From Paraspadella gotoi (taxonomy: Eukaryota; Animalia; Chaetognatha), in contig CM119263.1 of assembly GCA_051294375.1 (NCBI GenBank), positions 4,697,737 to 4,761,736 of the forward strand: 64,000 bases of DNA. Reading direction: 5' to 3'. Below, one piece after another: positions 1 to 40,662 of this stretch. The notes beneath the pieces are model-generated. The model did not search any database and was not told where the DNA came from. It saw nothing but the letters and a program-made list of their open reading frames with translations. Position 1 is the first letter of the stretch. Every line of letters begins with the position of its first letter. The position numbers were made by a program, and so were the translations under genes.

Positions 1-676
1 AGGAGGAGGAGGAGGAGGAGGAGGAGGAGGAGGAAGGGAAGATCGAAAATCCCAGACTGCGATCCTCTCGGCGGCACAGTGTGATTTTTGATTATCGATC
101 CCGGCGCAATTCTATTTTTTGTATAATTATTTATATATATGTAAATTTTAAAACGTTTTAAGATATAAAATTCGTTAAAAAAGTATCAATACTTACTACT
201 ATTAGAAATAATGATAAGTTGATTATTGATGTTGGGGATTTTTTAATTTTTTTAAAAAAGTGTTGATTTTATTTTAATTCTATTTTTTTCGGATTGTTAA
301 TAGTTATATAGTATAGGTATTACAAATACTAACTATCCCGCCTTCTGACTTTAAATAGGTTAAGGTTGGTTTGAATATAAAATAACCTTTTAGTAAAAAC
401 CTTGCAAGCTTTTAAGCAAGAGGAAAAAAAAAGATTAACATAAATAAATCTTCTTTGAAAACTAAAAAAAAAAATATTCAAAATATAATTAAAAAAAAAG
501 GGTAAATTAAAAAAAGACATAACGAGGACCCAAGGAGAATCGCTGTGGGGCCAGAAAAGGACGCGAATCATCAGCGAAAAAGAAAGAAAAAAAAGGAAAA
601 AAAAGAAGAAAAAAAAAGGAATCGTTGATCACAAACTTCACAGGAGAGACCGACGGAGAGCGGGACCTTTTGAGAA

Positions 677-720
<44 letters not shown>

Positions 721-908
721 AGATGAACTCGAAGAATTACGAGAGTCGGGTTTTTCGTTTTCAGCCAAAAACTCCAACCTCAAAACCCTTTCTATCTTTT
801 TTTTCTTTTCTCCCGCAAAACGGAATCTGTTTTTCCTTCTAGCGGCTTAATTAATCAGTTTGGATCTTTTGTTTATTGATTATTATTCTTAGTATTTTTA
901 ATAATAAC

Positions 909-995
<87 letters not shown>

Positions 996-2228
996 TATAA
1001 TAATAATAATTATAATAATAATAACAATAATAAATAATATTAAAAAATAATATTGGTAAAAATGATGATAATATAATATGTAATAATAATATGTAAAAAT
1101 AAATATGATAATACTAATAACAATTGCTATTATGAAAATCAAAATTAAATAATATTAAGGATAACAATAAAAAAAATACAAAAAATTATGTTTAATAATG
1201 GTTTATCAGTGTAAAACACATTTTACTTAAAAAACTTTCATATTTACTGTTCATCCAAGTTTTTACAATAAAAAAGCGTATTAAAAGCTAAATGAAAACT
1301 GTGTAACGTGCCACAGTTTTATCATACGACATTACAACGTCATAATAATAGTAATAATAATTCCCGATGGCTCTATAAATATCATAAAATTTGAATAAAA
1401 ATATTCCTCTTTAATAAAGTCATTTTCAAAAATGTCAAATCAGTCTATTAACAAATAACAAACAAGCATAGCAAGGATAAACGTATTTATTTTATCGACA
1501 TTCCTCATTAAGTAATGAAGATGCGGAAAACTGTGAACCAATCGAATTTGATTTTATTAGAATTCTCATTTTATTTTTTTCAGATTCGCGCGTTTTCGCT
1601 TTAAATCTACGAAGAAGATTAATATATTTTAAAATTGTAAATATTTTTTTTAAAAAAGTACATATTAATATAAATTAAAACGAAAATGATTCGCTTGACT
1701 TTTAATGATTTATCGAATTTCGCTAAATTTCTATAAATCTGCGTAATTTCAACGGGAAAAATTCGATCGGCGATTGATGCTCCTCCTCTTCCTCCTCCTC
1801 CTCTTCCTTCCTCGCATCCGCTCATCCTCCTCCTTTAAGGATTTCCCCACATCCTCGTCCACATCCTCCTTATCTTCCGCGACCGACTCCGTCCACGGCG
1901 CCCACCGGATCCGTCATCCGGAATCTCCTCATTTGTTTCACTCTTCCACATCTTGTTTGACCAACTCATTCGTCCACATCCTCCAGCAACACGACATCGC
2001 CTTTCTAGCTTCATCCCAGCATTCTCCAGCGTCCAGCTTCACCCCAATGATTCTCCCTAATTTCTTTTTCGCGGAATTCCGTGGACTACATCATCTGTGA
2101 TTGGCCACAACATCACGTTCTTTAATCCAGCCCCATCCCAAGCCCAATTTTATCCTTCCGTGCCCGACATTACCCAGCTCCATCCCCAGTCATATATTCC
2201 TTTCCCCAGCCCGAAACTCCACATCAAG

Positions 2229-32411
<30,183 letters not shown>

Positions 32412-33524
32412 GAAGGAGAATCGCCGACGAGGGCGTCGCTAGTGACTCTTCTCTAAAACTTTAGAAAAAAAAAACAAATGACGTATTTATTCTCAATTAG
32501 AAAAAACAAGAAACAAATAAAAAAAAAAACAAATTGAACGTCCACCACAACGAAATCGTTTACGAATGGAATTTGGAACAGCGTCCTCTGTGTAATTAAA
32601 GTTTGATGTTGCAAATATTGTTTTGTTCGCATTATCGTTCGCTGCAATAATAATTCGTTTGAACTTTGTTATAATTATCAAATCTGATTTATATCATCCT
32701 TTTTCGTCGACACGACCATCGCCACCCCAAACCCACGGGCCCCCTACCTCCCCCACCCCCCCCCACCGTAGCAATGGACTCCCAAATCCCAAGATCCTGA
32801 ATTTTCCCGCTTCGACTCGCCGATACAATTAATGTAATCTTTTCCCTCATAAACTTTACTTTTTTTCAGTCGCATCTACAGTAATTTTTTTTTGTTCATT
32901 TGTATTTTGATTTCATGTTTCATATATACATATATATATCTTGACTTTTGCTTCGTTAGAGTTACGAAATTCATAATATAATTTGAACTTAAATGTTTTA
33001 TGTTCTCCCATTTGCCATACTAAAGGGTTGAATTTTTTTTCTTTTTAGATTAATTTTTTCCGAACCCGTCGATAAGAGTCATTCTTTTAGGCAAAACTCT
33101 GTAAATAAATATTGATAGTGCATGAAAAAATTCCTAGGATATTCTGCATATATTAATATAACTACCCCTGTAAAAAAAAACACATCCTTCGAAAATGTTT
33201 TGTTTTGCATGTTAAAACCGATCTTACCGAAATAAAAGTTATATTTATACGAACGGAATTATGTTAATTAATCAATGCGTCTATTTTGTGCCTTTCATTT
33301 TTTTCAATCGTCACGAAAACTCGAAATAACGCATCGTTGTTTTGTGTCCAACTAACTCTACAGAAAATTCGTTTTAGTCATCCAATTATTTGTACTAAAG
33401 AGACAGTAATAATTGTTATGAATTAGTGACAGAACCGTTCAATATGAGCAGTCCCTGAGATTCGGATCAGGGTGTCACACCGTGTTACAGGAGGGTAAAG
33501 CGCCCCGTCCCTCTTAATTGCGAG

Positions 33525-33596
33525 GCGACCACCGGGCTAGAAACACGGACCTTTGGGTTGAGAGGCGAAAGACGTATATCCTGCACCTACGGCCGC
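33525..33596 (-). mobile_element. tRNA-derived SINE head or tRNA pseudogene
   Basis: 72 nt; acceptor-like stem GCGGCCG/TGGTCGC, degenerate A and B boxes, broken anticodon arm. Confidence 0.5.
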
Positions 33597-33683
33597 TGAT
33601 AAACGGTAGGTGGATTTTAGTCCACCATAGTACGAATTTTCTCATGACACGTCGTTGTTGTCGTTGTTGTTGTTGTCCTTGAC

Positions 33684-33845
33684 GTCGGACATTGCAACGA
33701 GTTAACCCCGCCTATAAACAAGGCCACCTTTAGTCGAGACCCCGTGGCCAGTTGACTAATATCATCAGATCATGAACATTAGGTACCGGGATCGCTCAAC
33801 CAATGGTACCCACCCTGCAATAAGCGTGATGACGGCTGTATATTG
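33684..33845 (+). mobile_element. Dispersed repeat with a tRNA-like segment, copy 1
   Basis: Shares blocks accccgcctataa, catcag.tcatga, aggtaccggg, gtacccaccctgc and aagcgtga with 41083-41240. Confidence 0.6.
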
Positions 33846-34337
33846 TGTATATACCGCCTTGAGGACGAGGAAAACCCTCAAGCCTGGTTCCAAGGAACCG
33901 TTCCATTGCAGCCGAGGTGGCACGGAAAATATGTATAGTTGTCTTCAACCACCTGAGCGACTTGTCTTTACTCTACAACGCTGACTCTTCTCAGGTTTTA
34001 ATACAGTTTTTCAAAAAAAAATTCGATTAATTTCGCCAACTTTTCAATTCCCATCATTTTTTTTTTCATGCAGAAAAAAGAAAAGCATCAACAGAATCGA
34101 GATAGGATAAAATGAATCACGAAAAAAAAAAAGCAAAAAAAAAAAAAGCAACGGACATAAATGACGAATAAACGGTCGCGCGATTCAACACAAGAAACAA
34201 AGAAGCATGAAAGCTTCAAATCAGAATCCACAATCTCTCCGCAATCCCCCACAATTCCCCACAACCACCCCCACAATCCCCACCCAATCCCCAACCAATC
34301 CCCCACAAATCCCCCACAACCCGCATTCTTCCTTCCG

Positions 34338-35044
34338 TCAGACTTTTATCAATCTCTTAGTGTTGAACCGACAGAGGGCCCAACCGTCGCTGTTCATTTG
34401 TTTGACGAATTTGTTGTCCCGAACCCACGCCATCTGTTCGCGATCGAAGCGGAAGAGATCGGAAGGGTTCACCGTCTTGGCGCCAACCTTGGTCCTGTTT
34501 TTTTTTAAAGCAAAATGATTGGTTAAATTGATTGATTGATTGGCTGAGATGTTTTATTTTAAAAATAATTTAGATGAAAACCGGAGCTATGGTTCGAATT
34601 TTGTTCATATGTCTTTAATTTGGCATTATTGACTTTATAACATCATAAACAATATCAATAACTTCGTTAACTTCAACAACAACGTTTATAACATCAATAT
34701 CATCAGCAACATCCACGTCAAAATAAAATTAACAACATCAATAACTTCAACGTCATCAAGATCAATGTCAACAACTTCGTCAGCAACATCACCATCTGCA
34801 GCAACATCGTCATCAACAACATCACCTTGAAGCGTCATCAAGATCAATGTCAACAACTTCGTCAGCAACATCACCATCTGCAGCAACATCGTCAACAACA
34901 ACATCACCTTGAAGCGATGACCTTTGACCCGCCCCCAGCGTAGAGCGTCCCCTCGTGGAAGAAGAGAAGGAGATTCCGTCGATCCTCTGGAAATTCCGGC
35001 ATCTTTGTCCAGACCTTCTTTCGGGGTTTAAACATCTCGCTCTC
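34338..35044 (-). CDS. Kelch gene, last two exons (34908-35044 and 34338-34494)
   Basis: WTKMPEFPEDR..LYAGGG; FRFD...W; stop TGA at 34338-34340. Confidence 0.85.
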
Positions 35045-35067
35045 CTGAGGAGTTTAGGGGGTTGAGA

Positions 35068-35100
<33 letters not shown>

Positions 35101-35115
35101 CTCTCCCCCTCTCTC

Positions 35116-35149
<34 letters not shown>

Positions 35150-38100
35150 CTCCTCTCTCAGAGAAAGCCGCCAAGAGAGACAAATGGTTTGATCTGCCTA
35201 TCTTCCCATTTGTCTATCCGTCTCAATGTCTGTGTGACTCTCTGTCTGTTTCCATGTCCGTCGGTTTATCTATCCATATTTAAGTCTGTTTCTCAGTCCG
35301 TCCGTCCTCACCTGTAAATTTCCGCCTCTCTGACCCAAGTGATATCCGCCCAGCACCAACAGATTTTCGTCCAACCAGGTGGCGCCGAATCCGGCTCGAG
35401 GCGTCGGCATCGGCGGCAGCGACTCGTAGGCGTCGGACGCCGGATCGTAGCGGAAGGCGGCGTCGAGGGCGGCGCCGTATTCGGAGATTCCGCCGAGAAT
35501 GTAGATGGAATCGTCTTTGGCGATCGCCTTTTAAGGGGGGAGGGAAGGATAGATGGGGGAAGGAGGGAGGTTAGTGGGAAAGAGGGAAGGTTTAGATGGG
35601 AAGGATGGAGGATAGATGGGGGAGGAGGGAGGATAGATGGGGGAGGAGGGAAGTTAGATAGGGGGAAGAGGGAGAGTGAGATGGGAAAGAAGGGAGGTTA
35701 GATATGGGGGTGAAAATTGGGATGAGGTTTCGTAACCGCGCAACGAGAATAAAGTAATTGAAATGTTTTGCTACTTGAATGACAATCTTACAGACACTTT
35801 TTGACCATACAATTGGGAATTTACTGTCGCTAAATGTGTATTGAAGCAACAGTCGTCGCGGCCTGAACTATTTTCAATCTTTATGAAATTGGTACAACCC
35901 AATATAAAAATCATCCATTCTTTTATTAAACAAGCTATCTTGCCCCTGACTTTGGACAGGCTTTGGTGGTTGAAGGCCTATAATTCATTCTCGCAAAAAC
36001 GTCTTTATTCTTCCAATCATCTTTAAATTATGGCTTCCGAAATTTTTTGAATTATTTCCTCTTCTTTTTTGCAGGGTTTTAAACTTGCATAAAAAATATA
36101 AAAACGTATAATAAAGTTTTGTTTACTCGTAAGTACGAACGTATATAAAACAAACAATTATTACAACAAACCTTGAGTCCGAACGCCGGGTCTCGGCAGC
36201 TGCGCTATCGTCCTCCACTCGTCCGCTGCGGCGGTCGTACCGCAGCGCCGTCTGCAGCGTCTGGCCAGCGTGATACGACGACGGCCGCCGAAGACGAAAG
36301 ATGTCGTCGCCGACGGCGGCAGCACCGAAGTTGCAACGGGTCGTCGGCATCGCGAGCGCACTCCGTCCAAGACTTGGTCGACGCGTCGAAGCAGAGGAGG
36401 TGATCGAGCGAAACGTATTTTTCGGTTCCGTCTTCTTTCTAAGGATCAGTTGTAAAAGGACGCCGCCGATGGAGTAGACCTTGAAAGAGGATCAGTTTGG
36501 AATGTGAAGAAAAGATTGGAGGTATAATACTTGAACAAAGAATTATATTGTTTTAAAAAGAAATACATGGCTTAGCTAAACGACAATAATTAATCGAACA
36601 AATGAGGAATTTCCTGCGGTAAGACGTTTAATTATGGTTTTAGATTGACTTGCTTTTTTGCGCGAAACGTTTAAAATGAAATATAAAGAGTAGTCGAAGT
36701 TATAGATTAGCATAGCTCCCGCGGGGAATCGAACCCCGGTGTCTCGGTGACAGGCGAGGATACTTACCACTATACTACCGAGGACATGGATATGGCAAAC
36801 CTATTCTGACATGAAATTGTTACAACCCATAAATTCTCAAGGTTTGTCATTCAATTTCAATGATTACGAACTTGTATGAAAAAATTAAAACGGTTTCCCT
36901 CGAGCCGGATTCGAACCAGCGACCTAAGGATACCAGACAGGAAACCTACTACAGTCCTCCGCTCTACCAACTGAGCTATCGAGGGATGTGTATCATGCGT
37001 AAAAAGAATTTTAATTATTTTAAATAACCGATTAGTATTGGGCCGAAAGTTTTGTATTCGGCTCTAATATCGACCAAAAATCACCCACCTTGTTGACGCC
37101 CGTAGAAACAACAGCGTGATGGCGCAGGGTGTGTTTGAAATTAGGACGACCCTCTCCGGGCTTCTCGAGGCAGAAGCTGACGCGCCGCTCGGGTTGATAG
37201 CAGAAGAGCGATCGCTGGAGAGGATCGTCGCCGCCGCCGACGAAGGCGACGACCGGTTCCGAGAACATGCCGAGACGGGGCGCGGTCGTGAAGCCCAGAT
37301 GGATCGGCTCGGTCGAGGCTGAAAGGCTGAAGGTCAACTTGGCGATTTTGGCCGAAGAGACGAGAGCGCGGCAGGGAAGGCGATCCTTTAAATTTAGATT
37401 AAGTGGGGAGTGCGGGGAATTGTTTAATAAAATCATTATATTACGATCCTTTCAACTAATTCAAACTTTTACTAAATTTTAATAAAATCATAAAATTATT
37501 AAATTAAGTTATGCCTACTGAATACAGAATTTTGAAATGGGATTTCTTAGCGAAAAGTTTACAATAAATTCGGACAATATTAAATTAATTGGATGTATAG
37601 CAAGAAGTAAGAAGAGTTTTCGTAGCGAATCAAATTTAGAGTAAATCGATTCGATACTTTTTTTTTTGCTTGACAAAGTACGAAACTTCCTAATAGTTGC
37701 TGAAATGGTTTTCGTTTTAATCAAATACTGGCTTTATTATTATTCAAATCATACGTTAAAAATAATGATAAATAATTTTAAACCCCGGCCCTCCTTTCTC
37801 CTCGCCTGTATCAAGGGATGATTGGCGACCTCCTCTGCGATGTATTCGGAATTAACGAAAAGAAATCTAATCTGCTGCAGCAGCGGCAGCAGTCGGTCAA
37901 CTCGCTCGTCCACGTCGTGGCACACCCAATGCATGACGGCTTCGAAGGCGAACTCTTCGAACTCGACGTTGAGGTCGTCGCTGCCGACGAACTGTTGGAG
38001 CTCCTCGTAGTCGAGGGAAAGGAACTCTTCTCGCAAAGACAAGAGCGGGAATCGGTCCAGGATGAAGCCTCGAGTAAACTCCTTCATCGTCTCGCTCTCT

Positions 38101-40565
38101 CTCGTCGCGAAGAAGCGGAACCAATCGAAGGCGGACTTGATAGAGATGGAGTCGCGGACGCAGGCCTCGCAGGCTTGAACGACGGCCTCCATCTCGAGGA
38201 AGGAGGCGGCGTCGAAGAGATTGCGCACGCGCGTCACGTTGACCGTCAATTGATTCGTGTACATGTAGTCGACGAGGCGTTGGACCGACTCGTGATGCAG
38301 CCGGTCCAGTTTCATGGAATGCTCGTCCTTGGGCTTTTCGCAGATCTTGAAGTATTGCCTGAAGAGAGTGTGGAAGTTAAGTAAACTAAGGATTGTACTT
38401 TACAATAATAAAATTACGTAAAATCTGACTGATTGAGGTGTTCTTACATTCATTCATTCATTCATTCATTCATTCATTCATTCATTCATTCATTCATTCA
38501 TTAATTCATTTATTAGGATAATGATTGCTAATAATTATAAAAAACCTAAGAACTGATTGATTGAGTGGTTTATTTATTTATTTACTAAGACATTATTCAA
38601 TTATAATAATAAAATTCTAAAGTAATTAATTTTATTCATTTATTATTTAATTATTCAGCTTGGCCTTGTTTGGCTCGATAGCAATGTTTTAAAATAATTT
38701 TAAAAGAATCGCAAGATATTTCCAAATCCTAGCACCATGAGCAATGCTCATTGACCAATGCACAGCTGAACACTTGCACCTAAAAAAAGGACTCGAAGCG
38801 GCCAGAACGCTTTTGTGACAAGGAATGCCTCTTCCCTCCACCACAAGGACAAAGTCGACGAGCAACTTGTCCCTGTGCATCTCCGCCAATCCGCAGAACA
38901 GCCGCTGATGCTGCTGATCCAGCCGCGGAATCTCATCCGCGTCCAGTTCCTCCGGCGCGTTGCGGATGTCCTCCAGCTGCGCCTCCTTCTCCTCGATGTT
39001 GAGCAGCATGTCGCTGACGAAAGGTTTGAGGATCGACATGGTTTTGTTCTGCTCGAAGGCCATCTCCTCGCCTTTGGCCGCCAGGGCGTCCAGACTCTGC
39101 AATAGGCTAGAGAGATCGGGGGTGTTGTCTTCGGCGGAGGCATCGTTGACGAGCTCTTCCGGCGGTGCGGGTGTCGACTCCACCGCCTCTTCCTCCACTT
39201 CCGGCATTTCCTCGTTGGCCGGAACGAAGACGATCTCCCTTTCTTCCTCCTTTTCTTCTTCTTCCTCCTTCTCCTCCCTCTCCCTCTCCTCCTCCTGTTC
39301 CGCCTCCTCCTCTTCCTCTACCCTCTCCTCTATATCTTCCAACTCTCTCGAAGCCGCTTCCTCCAATCGCTTCCTCTCCGCTTCCTTCTTCCTCTCCGCT
39401 TCCTCCTTCATCCTCGTCGCTTCCTCCTTCATTCTCCTCGCCTTCATCTCCAACTCATGCGCCTCCATTCGAATCTCCAACTCTTTCTTTTTCTCTTCCA
39501 ACTCGGAAGCGCGTCTCTTCGCCTCTTCGATCTTCGCGTCCGCCTTTGGAAAGAGAGGGGATTTGGAGTTAGGGAATTTAGATTTAGAGATTTAGATTTG
39601 TAGATTAGGAGTATTGATGGAGTTTAGATTGGGAGGATTTAGTGAGATTAGATTTAAAGATTTTAATTTATAAGAATTATTGTGTTTAGTTTTAAAAATT
39701 GCTTTCAGATTTATAAGAACAAAGTTTCAACAAATTCACGATTAAAAATATTCACAATTTAAAAAGATTTGGAAATTTCGGATTCGTAGGAATCATGGTG
39801 GTTAGATTGATGATGATTTTTAAGTCTAGATTTTAAAAGTTTTATATTTTAACTTGGAATTTTTCAAATGTTCTAACAAAAACAAACGAGTAACCAAGTT
39901 AATAAACAGACAAACAAACTCTACCCACAACCTCCGCCCCCCCCCCCGCACAACCTTCATCCTCATGAACTCTCTCTGCGCATCCGCGTCCGCCGCCTTC
40001 TGCCTCGACTCCCGAATGAGTTCGTCCGCGGCGCCCATCATCAACGCGTACTCGTCCAACGCCTTCCGGATTCGTTCCTCCTCAGAGAGGCCCGCGTCGA
40101 TGTCTAGCTGTTCGATGGCGGCCGCCGCCGTCATGTTGCGGATCATCGGGTCGATGACCTGTTATTGAGGTGATAGATTGATTTATAGATTGATTTATAG
40201 ATTTATTTATAGATTTATTTATAGATTTATATAATTATAGATTTATTTATTTATAGATTTATTTATTTATAGATTTATTTATTTATAGATTTATTTATTT
40301 ATAGATTTATTTATAGATTTATTTATAGATTTATTTATAGATTGATTTATAGATTTATATAATTATAGATTTATATAATTATAGATTTATTTATTTATAG
40401 ATTTATTTATTTAAATATATATTTATTTATTTATAGATTTATTTATTTATTTATTATTTATAGTTTTTTTAATTATATTTATTTATTTATAGTTTATTTA
40501 TTTATTTATTTATAGATTTATTTATTTATTTATAGATTTATTATTTATTTATTTATTTATTTAAT

Positions 40566-40624
<59 letters not shown>

Positions 40625-40631
40625 TTATTTA

Positions 40632-40662
<31 letters not shown>

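Noticed and set aside
33699-33720. TAACCCCGCCTATA resembling the 5' part of twister ribozymes
   Set aside because: No matching P4 loop, pseudoknot partners or P2' strand could be placed consistently in both copies.
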